A stretch of 64,000 nucleotides of DNA, taken from assembly GCA_050117845.1 (NCBI GenBank), contig JASFLY010000001.1, positions 192,001 through 256,000 on the forward strand. Direction: 5' to 3'. Numbering within the stretch: the stretch's first letter is position 1; each line of letters begins with the position of its first letter. Source of the stretch: Candidatus Zixiibacteriota bacterium (GTDB lineage: Bacteria > RBG-13-66-14 > B26-G2 > WVWN01). Positions 26,968 to 37,567 of this stretch are shown here, one piece after another. The position numbers were made by a program, and so were the translations under genes. The notes below the pieces were generated by a model, which was given only the letters and a program-made list of their open reading frames with translations, did no database searches and was not told the DNA's origin.

Positions 26968-29472
26968 ATGGATAAGAAAATTCTCGACAAAATAGAGGAA
27001 ATCGTCGGCCCGACCGGCTACACCGTCGCGCCCGTAGAACTTCGGGCCTACGCCGCCGACGCCGGAATCCACCTTCGCGAACCCGAGGTCGTCGTCAGGC
27101 CGGCCAACGCCGAACAGGTCTCCGGCATCCTCAAACTCGCCAACGAACACATTATCCCGGTTACGCCCCGGGGCGCCGGCACGGCGCTCTGCGGCCACGC
27201 CGTCCCCATCAAGGGCGGCATCGTCCTCGACCTCCAGGCCATGAACAAAATCAAGGAGGTCCACGTCGAGGACTTCTACGTCGTCGTCGAGCCGGGCGTG
27301 GTCTACGCCGACCTCAACGCCCACCTCAAACCCCAAAAGTTCTTCTTCCCGCCGGCGCCGGGGTCGGGCGACGTCGCCAACATCGGCGGCATGGTCGCGG
27401 CCAACGCCTCCGGCGTCAACGCCGTCAAGTACGGCGCCACCCGCGATTACGTCCTGGGCTGCGAGATAGTCCTGCCCACCGGCGAGATAATCCACAGCGG
27501 CACCCGGACCCTCAAGAATTCGTCCGGCTTCCAGCTCGACCGCCTCATGGTCGCGTCGGAGGGGATGCTGGGCGTCATAACCGAAATCACGCTCCGCATC
27601 GTACCCCTGCCGCAAAAGAACGCCCTCGCGATGGCCGTCTTCGACGACGTCGAGAAGGCGGGCCAGTGCGTCTCGGACATCATCGCGTACCCGCTCATCC
27701 CACACTCGCTCGAGATAATGGACAACATCTGCATCCAGGCGGTCAACAAGGCCACCGGCCTCGGCCTTCCGGACGCGGAAGGCATCCTCCTCATCGGCGT
27801 CAGCGGCCACCCGGAAGCCGTCAAGGACGAGATTAAAATCGTGGCCGACGTAGCCGAAAAAGCGGGCGCCGTTGACGTCAAGTTTACGGAAGACCCGGGG
27901 GAAATCGCGGCTCTCCAGAAGGGCCGCAAGGCCATGATCCCCTCGCTCTCCCGCTTCAAGGAGGGCATGGTCACGGTAATGCTGGCCGACGACATGGCCG
28001 TCCCGCCGTCGCAGGTCCCGAACGCCGTCAAGGCCTTCCACGAGATTCAGAGCCGGTACGACGGCATATATATCCCCACCTACGGCCACGCCGGCGACGG
28101 CAACCTCCACACCAAGTTCATCATAGACCCCACCGACCCCGACGTCTGGGAGCGGGCCGAGAAGGCCAACGAGGAGGTATTCGACGCGGTCCTGGCGCTG
28201 GGCGGAACCGTCACGGGCGAGCACGGCGTCTCCATCACCAAAGCCCCGTACTTCAAGAAGGAGCGCGCCGATTCGCTGGAGGCGATGCGCGCCGTCAAAA
28301 AGGCGCTCGACCCCAACAACATCCTGAACCCCGGCAAGCTCATGGACTGGGACCAGCCGGGCATCGTCCACTACCTCCGCTACAAGACCGGGAAGCGCGA
28401 GTACGGCGAGCACATGGAAGCGCTGGAGAAGTGGGAGATGGAGCTCAACGCCTGCACCCATTGCGGCTTCTGCAAGGCCGTCTGCCCCACGCTGTCCGAC
28501 ATCGGCTGGGACGCCGGCGGGTCCAAAGGCCGCCTCATGGCCTCGTACGCCCTGCTGCAGGGCGACGTCGCGCCGGGCGACGACGTCGTCGACCGCCTCT
28601 TCTCCTGTACCCTGTGCATGGACTGCACCCGCCGCTGCCCGACCAAGATAGACGTCGCGCCCATCGTCGAGGCGGCGCGGGCGGGCCTGGTCAAGGCCGG
28701 GTTCAAGATGCCGGTACACGAGGACCTGGTCGGCAAAGTCCTGTCGACCGGCAACATCTACGGCGAGGAGGAAATGGGCGTCAAGCCCCGGGAGGGCGAG
28801 GCCCTGCTCTACGTCGGCTGCGCCTTCTCCCAGCGGCCCAACATGGTCAAGATGTTCACGCGCATCCTCGAGAAACTGGGCGTCAAACCGAAAATAATCG
28901 AGGAGACCTGTTGCGGCTACCCCATAAAGAGTCTGGGCTACTGGGACGAATTCGAACAGCAGAAGAAAAAGTTCAACGAGACCTTCCCGGAAGGGGAACT
29001 CATAACGCTCTGCCCCACCTGCACCGTGCTGTTGAAAGAGGAGTACGGCCGGCCGGTGAAACACGCCCTCGAGGTCATCGCCGAGAAACTGGCCGACACG
29101 CCGGTGAAGTCGCTCGACATCAAGGCCACGTACCATGACCCGTGCCACCTCTCGCGAGGCATGGACATGGTGGACGAGCCCCGCGCCATCATGAAAGCGC
29201 TGGGTATCGACCTGGTCGAGATGCCTTTGTCGAAGAACACGTCGCGGTGCTGCGGCGGCGGCGGCGGCATCATAACGTCGGCGCCGGAGCTCTCGGGTCG
29301 GCTGGCGGTCGCGCGGGCCGAACAGGCCGCGGCCACGGGCGTGAACACGCTGGTGACCGCGTGCGCCACCTGCGAACTGACGCTCCGGGGCGGCGCCCAG
29401 GCCCTGGGCGGCAACGGCGACGGCCTTAAAGTCGCCAACCTCCTCGACCTGGTATGGAAGGCTATTAAATAA
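26968..29472 (+). CDS. FAD-linked 2-hydroxyacid (lactate/glycolate) dehydrogenase GlcD-like, fused to 2x4Fe-4S + CCG (GlcF/HdrD-like) module
   Basis: PRGAGT, GHAGDGNLH, GEHGV, NILNPGK; CTHCGFC..CP, CTLCMDC..CP, CCG, HDPCH, CCGGGGG. Confidence 0.85.
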   Translation: MDKKILDKIEEIVGPTGYTVAPVELRAYAADAGIHLREPEVVVRPANAEQVSGILKLANEHIIPVTPRGAGTALCGHAVPIKGGIVLDLQAMNKIKEVHVEDFYVVVEPGVVYADLNAHLKPQKFFFPPAPGSGDVANIGGMVAANASGVNAVKYGATRDYVLGCEIVLPTGEIIHSGTRTLKNSSGFQLDRLMVASEGMLGVITEITLRIVPLPQKNALAMAVFDDVEKAGQCVSDIIAYPLIPHSLEIMDNICIQAVNKATGLGLPDAEGILLIGVSGHPEAVKDEIKIVADVAEKAGAVDVKFTEDPGEIAALQKGRKAMIPSLSRFKEGMVTVMLADDMAVPPSQVPNAVKAFHEIQSRYDGIYIPTYGHAGDGNLHTKFIIDPTDPDVWERAEKANEEVFDAVLALGGTVTGEHGVSITKAPYFKKERADSLEAMRAVKKALDPNNILNPGKLMDWDQPGIVHYLRYKTGKREYGEHMEALEKWEMELNACTHCGFCKAVCPTLSDIGWDAGGSKGRLMASYALLQGDVAPGDDVVDRLFSCTLCMDCTRRCPTKIDVAPIVEAARAGLVKAGFKMPVHEDLVGKVLSTGNIYGEEEMGVKPREGEALLYVGCAFSQRPNMVKMFTRILEKLGVKPKIIEETCCGYPIKSLGYWDEFEQQKKKFNETFPEGELITLCPTCTVLLKEEYGRPVKHALEVIAEKLADTPVKSLDIKATYHDPCHLSRGMDMVDEPRAIMKALGIDLVEMPLSKNTSRCCGGGGGIITSAPELSGRLAVARAEQAAATGVNTLVTACATCELTLRGGAQALGGNGDGLKVANLLDLVWKAIK

Positions 29473-29474
29473 CC

Positions 29475-30542
29475 ATGAAGATTTACGACCTGGGCCTTCG
29501 GCCCCATCTGGACTCCATGCTCTGCTTCCACGCCCTGGCCCACCTCGGCCGGGAGGGGCTGGTGCTCGTGTCGCCGGCCTCGACCATCGCCTGCGTCGGC
29601 TACTTCCAGGACACGCGGGAAGTGGTGGACGTCGACTTCTGCCTGCGCGAAGGCCTCGAACTCATGCGCCGCGAGGTGGGCGGCGGAGCCGTCCTCCTCG
29701 ACTCGGGCCAGGTGTTCTACCAACTGGTCCTGCGCCGCGACAACCCGCTGGTGCCGACGACCGTGGACGGCGTCTACCGGAAATTCTCGGAACCGGCCAT
29801 CCGGACCTACGGCGACTTCGGCGTGGAGGTCTCGTTCCGCCCCATCAACGACCTGGTCACGACGGACGGCCGCAAGATAGCCGGCGAGGGCGGCGCGGAC
29901 ATCGGCCCTTGCATGGCCTTCGTCGGCTCCATAATCATGGACTTCGACTACGACCTCATGCCCCGGATGCTCAGGGTCCCGGACGAGAAGTTCCGCGACA
30001 AGTTCCACAAGTCGCTCTCCGAGAACCTGACCACGCTCCGCCGCGAAACCGGAAGGCTCGTCCCGCGCGAGGACGCGGCCTTCGCGTTGCGCACCCGGTT
30101 CGCCGAGCTGTTCGGCCCCCTCGAGGACGCGCTTCTGGACGACGAGCTCCGCGCCAAGATGAACGAGCTGGAGGCGCTCTACCGCTCCGAGGAATTTCTC
30201 TTCCGCAAGATACGCAGCCCCTTGGCCCGGGAGACGCGCGTGCGCGAGGGCGTCCGCTTCTTCGACGGCGTCCACAAAGCGCCGGGGGGGCTGTTGAGCT
30301 GCTGCGCCGAGGTGGTCGAGGACACGATAGACGACGTGTCCATAACCGGCGACTTCACGATGGTGCCCCGGGCGGGCCTGGAAGAGTTAGAGCGCGCCAT
30401 CGTCGGCGCGCCGTACGAGGCCCCGCCGGTGCAAGAGGCCATCGAGGAATTTTACGGCGCGAGCGGCGTCGACACGCCGGGCGTTGAATCGCGGGATTAC
30501 CTTGCGGCGTTGGGGTTGATAAAAACCGATGGCAAAGGCTAA
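29475..30542 (+). CDS. Lipoate--protein ligase family protein
   Basis: RREVGGGAVLLD, PINDL, RKIAGEG, C-terminal KAPGGL..ITGDF domain. Confidence 0.85.
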   Translation: MKIYDLGLRPHLDSMLCFHALAHLGREGLVLVSPASTIACVGYFQDTREVVDVDFCLREGLELMRREVGGGAVLLDSGQVFYQLVLRRDNPLVPTTVDGVYRKFSEPAIRTYGDFGVEVSFRPINDLVTTDGRKIAGEGGADIGPCMAFVGSIIMDFDYDLMPRMLRVPDEKFRDKFHKSLSENLTTLRRETGRLVPREDAAFALRTRFAELFGPLEDALLDDELRAKMNELEALYRSEEFLFRKIRSPLARETRVREGVRFFDGVHKAPGGLLSCCAEVVEDTIDDVSITGDFTMVPRAGLEELERAIVGAPYEAPPVQEAIEEFYGASGVDTPGVESRDYLAALGLIKTDGKG

Positions 30543-30957
30543 AAGGCCTTTCGTCGTATACGTACTGCTGCTCCTTTTGCTCGTGCAGGCGCTGAGCGCG
30601 CTGGCGGGGGGAATTCCGATGGTCGCGGATCCGAGCGGCGCAATGCTCGGTTTCCCGGCGGACATGCTCGACGACTCGCCGTTCGACAGTTACCTGGTTC
30701 CCGGCCTCATTTTGACGTTCGTGCTGGGCGTTTTCCCGCTGGCGGTAATGTTCGGCCTATGGCGAAGGTCATATTGGGCGCGGTTCGGTTCGCTGGTCGT
30801 GGGCGTCGCGCTCGTAATCTGGATAGGCGTCCAAATTTTAACGATAGGCTATCAGGCGGATACGCCGCTGCAAATCATCTACGGTTCACTGGGTTTCGTA
30901 TTGCTCGTTTTGGCGTTATTACCCGCCGTCCGCAGGTATTGCGGCGGCCGGCCTTGA
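30529..30957 (+). CDS. Four-helix membrane protein
   Basis: Four hydrophobic segments; overlaps ligase stop. Confidence 0.65.
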   Translation: MAKAKRPFVVYVLLLLLLVQALSALAGGIPMVADPSGAMLGFPADMLDDSPFDSYLVPGLILTFVLGVFPLAVMFGLWRRSYWARFGSLVVGVALVIWIGVQILTIGYQADTPLQIIYGSLGFVLLVLALLPAVRRYCGGRP

Positions 30958-31039
30958 TTTCGATATTCAAAAACGAAGAGAGTAGTACGCTACTATAATA
31001 ATCCTAACCATTCCGTTAACGGAAGAAACGGAGGCATCC

Positions 31040-32440
31040 ATGGCCGCGAAAAAACACGACTGGAAAGCGCCCTGGCTCCAGACGGTCCCCGCGGAACCGC
31101 CGACCGGCGCCGAGGAACACCCCCTCGCCGACGTCGAAGAGCCCAACCTCTTCCGCGACCAGTTCCCCTACTCCGAAGTCCCCAAACTGGCCTTCGACGG
31201 CGAAACGGTTCCCCTCGCCCCCGCCGAGGACATATGGGTAACGGACACCACGTTCCGCGACGGCCAGCAGGCCCGGCCGCCCTACGAGGTAGAGGACATC
31301 GTCCACATCTACAAACTGCTCAACCGGCTGGGCGGCCCGAACGGCGTCGTCCGCCAGTCCGAGTTCTTCCTCTACAGCGAGAAGGACCGGGAAGCCCTGG
31401 TCAAGTGCCGGGAACTCGGTTACCGGTACCCCGAGATAACGGGTTGGATCCGGGCCGTGCCCGCCGACTTCGAACTCGTCAAGCAGATGGGCCTGGAGGA
31501 AACCGGCATCCTGACGTCCATCTCGGATTATCACATCTTCATGAAGTTCAAGAAGACGCGCGCGCAGGTCATCGAAGACTTCATGAAGGTCATCGGCGCC
31601 GCCGCCGAGGCCGGCCTCAAGGAGGTCCGCTGCCACTTCGAGGACATGACCCGGGCCGACTTCTGGGGCACCGTCATACCCTTCGGCGAACGCCTCATGC
31701 GCTTCTCCGAAGAGAGCGGCATGAGAATCAAGATCCGCATCTGCGACACCATGGGGTACGGCGTGCCCTGGGCCGAGGCGGCCCTGCCGCGCAGCGTCCC
31801 CAAGATGGTCTATTACCTGCGCACCGAACTCGGCATCCCCTACCGCCAGCTCGAGTTCCACGGCCACAACGACTTCCACCTCGTCCTCGCCAACCCCGTG
31901 GCCGCATGGCTCTACGGCTGCGCCGACGCCAACGGCTCGCTTCTGGGCATCGGCGAGCGCACCGGCAACTCGCCTTTGGAGGCGCTCTGCGTGAAGTACG
32001 CCAGCCTCAAGGGCCACAACGACGGTATGGACCTGACCGCCATCAAGGAAATCGCGCACTATTTCAACGCGAATATGGGATGGCCCGTCCCCTCCAACTA
32101 CCCCTTCGCCGGGACCGAGTTCAACGTCACGCGCGCCGGCATCCACGCCGACGGCGTCATCAAGAACGAGGAGATTTACAACATCTTCGACACCGGCGAA
32201 ATACTGGGCAGGCCGCTCGGCATCTCGGTAACGGATAAATCGGGCGTGGCCGGCATCGCGCTCTGGCTCAACCAGTACCTGAACCTCGAGGGCGACAAGC
32301 AGATAGACAAACGCCACCCCGGCATCACGGCCATCGCGAAGTGGGTGGACGAGCAGTACGCCGGCCGCCGGACGACGGCCATCTCCAGCGACGAAATGCT
32401 CGAGCAGGCCAAAAAGAACATGCCTGACCTGTTCGCGTAA
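31040..32440 (+). CDS. Re-citrate synthase-like enzyme (DRE-TIM family)
   Basis: DVEEPNLFR..FPY, DTTFRDGQQ, RQSEFF, HGHNDF, GERTGN, AGIHADG; clustered with aconitase and IDH. Confidence 0.8.
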   Translation: MAAKKHDWKAPWLQTVPAEPPTGAEEHPLADVEEPNLFRDQFPYSEVPKLAFDGETVPLAPAEDIWVTDTTFRDGQQARPPYEVEDIVHIYKLLNRLGGPNGVVRQSEFFLYSEKDREALVKCRELGYRYPEITGWIRAVPADFELVKQMGLEETGILTSISDYHIFMKFKKTRAQVIEDFMKVIGAAAEAGLKEVRCHFEDMTRADFWGTVIPFGERLMRFSEESGMRIKIRICDTMGYGVPWAEAALPRSVPKMVYYLRTELGIPYRQLEFHGHNDFHLVLANPVAAWLYGCADANGSLLGIGERTGNSPLEALCVKYASLKGHNDGMDLTAIKEIAHYFNANMGWPVPSNYPFAGTEFNVTRAGIHADGVIKNEEIYNIFDTGEILGRPLGISVTDKSGVAGIALWLNQYLNLEGDKQIDKRHPGITAIAKWVDEQYAGRRTTAISSDEMLEQAKKNMPDLFA

Positions 32441-32464
32441 CGGCCGGGACGGTTGGAAGCAAAT

Positions 32465-34348
32465 ATGTCGGAATCTCGCCGGGGGGAGAAAGCCGAAAAC
32501 CCCGGAGTGCGGTTGTTCGTCTACGGGACGCTCACCGACGCGCACGTCTTCTCCGTTATAACCGGGGAAAAACCCGCGCGGCGCCCGGCGTTCCTCGACG
32601 ACTACTACAAGGTAACGTCGCTCAAGTCGTTCCCTTACGTAGTGCCGCGCCCCGGGGCCGAGGTCGAAGGCGTCCTCGTGGAAGGTCTGAGCGCCAAGGC
32701 CCTCGCCCAACTCGACCAGTACGAATCGGAGGGGACGCTTTACGTGCGGTGCCGCCTGCCGGTTCGCACCGAGCAGGGCACGGCGGATGCGTTCGTTTAC
32801 GTCGGCGGTCCCGAACTGCTGGAGGCCAAGCCGCCGCCGGACGTCGAGGTTACGGACCGCGTCGGCGACTTTATAAAAAGCCGCATCGAGGGGGCCATCG
32901 CCGACGACATCCCGGCCCGGAGTCAAATCCGGGAGTTGGAGTTGCGCGCCCGCGAGGAACTTCTGGGCGAAGCGGTGGAGGACCTGGTCCGCGCCCATTT
33001 CGACCATCCGGGCCTGCCGCCCTTCGCCGTCAAGCACCGTCTGAAGGAATCGGGGCTCCCCTCTCTCGCCTGGCTCCCGCGGGAACAGTGCGCCGCGAAG
33101 TACGCGCCCCACTACCTCCGCCTGATAATCAAGACGATTATCTTCAACCAGGTGGAGGGCCGGGTGCGCCACGACTTCCGGGGCGTCGTGCGCGTCGCGG
33201 ACAAGTACTACGAGCACGCCATATCGGCGCTGGCGGCGTTACAGTTCGTGGCCGACAGCCTGGGGCCCATCGGCGAAATAATGGAATCGCTGGGCGTCGG
33301 CGACTACGACCCCCAGCTCGAATACGTCGACTACGCCGTGGCCGCACTCTTCATCGCGGACGAGATTTACGGCCGCGAGCTGCTCGAGCCTTACGTCGAA
33401 CGCATAAAGGAGCGCCGGGCGCCGGGGGGCGAGCCGTTGGGTTGCGAGGCCGAGTTCAGCCCGCTCGGCACCGAGATAGTGGGCGCCGCCCCCGACGAGG
33501 ACCCGGCCTTCGACGGCTTCTACTACTTCGACGACTTCGACCTCGCGGGCCGCTTGTGGAAGCTCGGCGGCCACGTCGACAACCATCGCGTCGTTACGCC
33601 CGACCGGGGACGGGTGCGGGGATTTTTGGAGTTCGCGTTGGGCCGCTACAAGGTCCTGGGCGACCTCTCCAAACCGGTCACCGCCGATCCGTTCGTCCTC
33701 TCGGACCTGGCCAACGCCGCCGTCGCCTTCGCGGAACTCAAACCGCACAGCCTCCACCTGTCGTTCCAGTTGGAGAAGGGCCGGCCCGAGGGGCCGCCCC
33801 CGACGCCGCGGGACCTGATATGCCTGCTCATTCTCGGCGGCGACGTGAACTTCGACGACGACGGCGTTTTGCGCGAGAAGCGCGTGCACCAGCGCGAAAT
33901 CTACAACGAGTTCACGGGCCTCGATTTCTCGCGGCGCAACTCGCACCGCGACAGGCCGGACGGCGACCCCGCCGAAATCGTCGAGTACGAGTTCCCGCGG
34001 CTCTTTTACGAACACTCGTACGTCGACCTCGTGGTGGCGCTTAAGGGTTTTCAGCTCGCGGACAACCCGCCGCCGCTGGACCTCGGGCCCGACTCCGAGC
34101 ACCTGGCGTACAACCGGGAAGTGGAACGCGAGCTCCTGGAGTGGGCCGGGGAGCCCTACGCGCTGGGCCGCGACGACATCGGATCCTTCATGGCCAAAGT
34201 CGAACGGGGCCTGGCGTACGAGACGCAGCACCTGGGCGGCCACCCGGCGGAGTTCTGCCGCAAGTGGCTGGACGCGATAGAACGCAAACTGAAAAGCTAT
34301 AACACGTACATCTGGGGCGACGGCAAAGAGTGGCTGATAGACGTATAG
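32465..34348 (+). CDS. Gamma-glutamylcyclotransferase (AIG2-like) domain fused to a large uncharacterised domain
   Basis: LFVYGTL and LDQYE..Y N-terminal GGCT motifs; C-terminal GCEAE, HSLH, IVEYE. Confidence 0.65.
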   Translation: MSESRRGEKAENPGVRLFVYGTLTDAHVFSVITGEKPARRPAFLDDYYKVTSLKSFPYVVPRPGAEVEGVLVEGLSAKALAQLDQYESEGTLYVRCRLPVRTEQGTADAFVYVGGPELLEAKPPPDVEVTDRVGDFIKSRIEGAIADDIPARSQIRELELRAREELLGEAVEDLVRAHFDHPGLPPFAVKHRLKESGLPSLAWLPREQCAAKYAPHYLRLIIKTIIFNQVEGRVRHDFRGVVRVADKYYEHAISALAALQFVADSLGPIGEIMESLGVGDYDPQLEYVDYAVAALFIADEIYGRELLEPYVERIKERRAPGGEPLGCEAEFSPLGTEIVGAAPDEDPAFDGFYYFDDFDLAGRLWKLGGHVDNHRVVTPDRGRVRGFLEFALGRYKVLGDLSKPVTADPFVLSDLANAAVAFAELKPHSLHLSFQLEKGRPEGPPPTPRDLICLLILGGDVNFDDDGVLREKRVHQREIYNEFTGLDFSRRNSHRDRPDGDPAEIVEYEFPRLFYEHSYVDLVVALKGFQLADNPPPLDLGPDSEHLAYNREVERELLEWAGEPYALGRDDIGSFMAKVERGLAYETQHLGGHPAEFCRKWLDAIERKLKSYNTYIWGDGKEWLIDV

Positions 34349-34851
34349 AAAAACCGCCGCTGGCGCTGTTCCTCTTCGTGGCCGAGGAACAGGTCGTCAA
34401 CGACGTGACGAGGCGGCTCCGCGAATCGTCGCTGGAGCATTACCGGAAAATGGAAACCATAGACCTCCGGCCCCGGATGCAGGCCCACTTCACGGCCTAC
34501 CGGGAATCGGTGCTCACGGGCGACCCCGGCGTCTTCGGCGCCTACATCGGCGACATAGGACGGAAGCGCCTCCAGCAAGGCTACGGCCTCCCCGAACTAC
34601 AGCTCGTCCTCGACACGCTCTTCGACGTTGTGTGGGAGGCCGCCTCGGAGGCATGGCGGGACCGCGGCCCCGAGGCCTTCGACGACCTGAAACGTCTGGC
34701 CCTGGGTATAACCTGGGGCAAGGACCGGCTCGCCACCGTATACGCCGAGGAGAGTAAAAAGGAGCGCGCCGCGCTCCGGCGCTTGAGCACCGCGTTCGAC
34801 GATTATCTGCGCCTCCGCCGGGCCCCGGGCCCCGAGGAGGGCGAAAAATAA
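34330..34851 (+). CDS. Hypothetical helical protein (possibly RsbRD-N/globin-like sensor)
   Basis: IGRKRLQQGYGLPEL resembles RsbRD-N pattern; overlaps upstream stop. Confidence 0.45.
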   Translation: MADRRIEKPPLALFLFVAEEQVVNDVTRRLRESSLEHYRKMETIDLRPRMQAHFTAYRESVLTGDPGVFGAYIGDIGRKRLQQGYGLPELQLVLDTLFDVVWEAASEAWRDRGPEAFDDLKRLALGITWGKDRLATVYAEESKKERAALRRLSTAFDDYLRLRRAPGPEEGEK

Positions 34852-34867
34852 AGAAACGAGGCGCGTC

Positions 34868-35602
34868 GTGAAATGTAAAAATTGCGGTTACGAACTCGCG
34901 AAGGAATTCCGCTTCTGCCCCCTGTGCGGCCTGCCGGCGGACGAGTCGTGGGAAAGCCACTTCTTCGCCGGCGTCCTGGCCGACTACGGCGGCGACCCGG
35001 AAGGGGCGATGGAGAAATACCGGCGCGCCCTCGAGGTGGACCCGGCCAACGACTACGTCCTGGTCCGCGTCGGCCTTACCCACTACCACCGCGGCCAATT
35101 GACCGAAGCCATCGCCGCGCTGGAGGAGGCCGTCAAGGCCAAACCGGCGTCCGCCCCCGCCCGCTACTTCCTGGGCCTCTGCTACTACCGGGCCGCCCGC
35201 GAGGAGGAGGCCATCGACTGCTTCCACCGCGCCCTCGAGATCGAGCCCGAGACCGAGATGGCCTACTACTGGCTGGGGTTATTGTACTACCACGTCGGCA
35301 AAACGCGCGACGCGATAAAGGCCTTCGACGCCCTGCTTGAACGCAACGGCGACATCACGATAGCCTATTACCAGCGCGGCCTGGCCGCCGCCCGGCTGGG
35401 CCTGAAAGAGGAAACCGTTAAAAGCTTCGAGACGGTCGTCGAGAAGAGCCCCGGCAGCGCCGTCGCGTTCGCCGAACTCGGCGAGGCCTACTTCGCCCTG
35501 GGCGACAACCAGCGCGCCGCCGAAGCGCTGAAACAGGCCATCGCGCTCAACCCCGACGACAAGAAATCGAAAGCCGTCCTCGACCTTATCTTCAGCAGTT
35601 GA
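34868..35602 (+). CDS. Zinc-ribbon + TPR repeat protein
   Basis: CKNCG..FCPLCG followed by about 6 TPR repeats. Confidence 0.85.
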   Translation: MKCKNCGYELAKEFRFCPLCGLPADESWESHFFAGVLADYGGDPEGAMEKYRRALEVDPANDYVLVRVGLTHYHRGQLTEAIAALEEAVKAKPASAPARYFLGLCYYRAAREEEAIDCFHRALEIEPETEMAYYWLGLLYYHVGKTRDAIKAFDALLERNGDITIAYYQRGLAAARLGLKEETVKSFETVVEKSPGSAVAFAELGEAYFALGDNQRAAEALKQAIALNPDDKKSKAVLDLIFSS

Positions 35603-35627
35603 TGAATAAACCTCGGGCAGGAGACCT

Positions 35628-37559
35628 ATGGGCAAAACGCTAACACAGAAGATCCTGGACGAACACCTGGTGGAGGGAACGCCGGCACCGGGCGAGCACG
35701 TCGCCGTCCGCATCGATCAGACGCTGACGCAGGACGCCACCGGCACCATGGCCTATCTGCAGTTCGAGGCCATGAAGCTCCCCGAGGTAAAGACCGACCT
35801 CTCGGTCAGCTACGTCGACCACAACACCCTGCAGATGGGCTACGAGAACGCCGACGACCATCGCTACCTCCAGGGCGTGGCCGAGAAGTACGGCCTGTAC
35901 CTCTCGCGCGCCGGCAACGGCATCTGCCACCAGGTCCACCTGGAGCGCTTCGGCGTCCCCGGCAAAACGTTGCTCGGCTCCGACAGCCACACCCCCACCG
36001 GCGGCGGCATCGGCATGATCGCGATGGGCGCGGGCGGCCTCGACGTCGCGGTCGCGATGGCGGGCGGGCCCTTCTGGATCACCTACCCCGCCGTCGTGGG
36101 CGTCAAGCTCACGGGCAGGCTGGCCGACTGGGTCTCGGCCAAGGACGTAATCCTGACGCTCCTCTCGGAGCTCACGACCAAGGGAAACGTCGGCACCGTC
36201 GTCGAGTACTTGGGCCCGGGCGTCGCGACGCTTTCGGTCCCCGAGCGCGCGACCATCACCAACATGGGGGCCGAACTCGGCGTCACGACCTCCGTCTTCC
36301 CGTCGGACCTGGTCACGAAAATGTTCCTCGAAGGCCAGGAGCGGGGGGACGCATGGCGGGAGCTCGCCGCCGACCCGGACGCCGCGTACGCGCGCGTCAT
36401 CGAACTGGACCTCGGTGAAGTCGAACCCATGGTGGCCCAGCCCCACAGCCCGGACAACGTCGTCCCGGTGCGGGACATAGCGGGCCTCGCCGTGGACCAG
36501 GTTTGCATCGGCTCGTGCACCAACGCCTCGTACAAGGACCTCGCCACCGTAGCCGAAATACTGGAAGGCCGGACCATCGCGCCGGGGACGAGCCTCATCG
36601 TCGCGCCCGGCTCCAAGCAGGTCCTCCGCATGATCGCGGACGACGGCCACCTCTCCTCGCTCGTCGCCGCCGGGGCCCGCATCGCCGAGGCCGCCTGCGG
36701 CTTCTGCATCGGCATGGGCCACGCGCCGACCTCGGAGGCGGTATCGGTTCGGACCAACAACCGCAACTTCTTCGGCCGCTCCGGCACGGCCTCCGCCGGC
36801 ATATACCTCGTCAGCCCGGAGACGGCCGCCGTCGCGGCGTTCCACGGAGAGCTCGTCGACCCGCGCGGCGCCGGCATCCAGTACCCGGAGGTGCCGGTTC
36901 CCGAGCGCTTCACCGTGGACGACAACCTCGTGCGGCACGTCCACGACCCGGCCGCCGAGATAGTCCGCGGCCCCAACATCGGCGAGCCGCCGGCGAACGA
37001 CCCTTTGCCGGACGGCTTCACGGCCGAGGTCGGCCTTAAAGTCGGCGACAAGATAACCACCGACCACATCATGCCCGCCGGCCCCCGGCTAAAGTTCCGC
37101 TCGAACGTCGGCGTCTATTCCCGGTTCGTCTTCGAGGGCGTGGACGAGACCTTCGCCGAGCGCGCCAAGGCCAACGCCGACCGGGGCACCTTCAACGTCG
37201 TCGTCGCCGGCGAGAGTTACGGCCAGGGCTCGAGCCGGGAACACGCGGCGCTGTGCCCGATGTACCTGGGCGTCAAGGCCGTCATCGCCCGCTCCTTCGA
37301 GCGCATCCACTCCGCCAACCTCGTCAACTTCGGCATCCTGCCGCTCACGTTCCGCGACCCGGCCGACTACGACAAACTGGCGCCCGGAGACAATCTGAAA
37401 GTCGAGAACCTGCGCGAGGCCCTCCGGCCCGGCGACCCCCTTAAGATAACGAACGAGCGCGACGGTTACAGCTTCGAAGTCGAACACAACCTCAGCGAGC
37501 GCCAGCTTGCGATAATCAAAGCGGGCGGCCTCCTAAACTACCAAAGCGCACAAGCCTAG
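35628..37559 (+). CDS. Aconitate hydratase (compact single-chain type)
   Basis: [47 protein letters not shown]. Confidence 0.9.
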   Translation: MGKTLTQKILDEHLVEGTPAPGEHVAVRIDQTLTQDATGTMAYLQFEAMKLPEVKTDLSVSYVDHNTLQMGYENADDHRYLQGVAEKYGLYLSRAGNGICHQVHLERFGVPGKTLLGSDSHTPTGGGIGMIAMGAGGLDVAVAMAGGPFWITYPAVVGVKLTGRLADWVSAKDVILTLLSELTTKGNVGTVVEYLGPGVATLSVPERATITNMGAELGVTTSVFPSDLVTKMFLEGQERGDAWRELAADPDAAYARVIELDLGEVEPMVAQPHSPDNVVPVRDIAGLAVDQVCIGSCTNASYKDLATVAEILEGRTIAPGTSLIVAPGSKQVLRMIADDGHLSSLVAAGARIAEAACGFCIGMGHAPTSEAVSVRTNNRNFFGRSGTASAGIYLVSPETAAVAAFHGELVDPRGAGIQYPEVPVPERFTVDDNLVRHVHDPAAEIVRGPNIGEPPANDPLPDGFTAEVGLKVGDKITTDHIMPAGPRLKFRSNVGVYSRFVFEGVDETFAERAKANADRGTFNVVVAGESYGQGSSREHAALCPMYLGVKAVIARSFERIHSANLVNFGILPLTFRDPADYDKLAPGDNLKVENLREALRPGDPLKITNERDGYSFEVEHNLSERQLAIIKAGGLLNYQSAQA

Positions 37560-37567
37560 GAGAAAAG

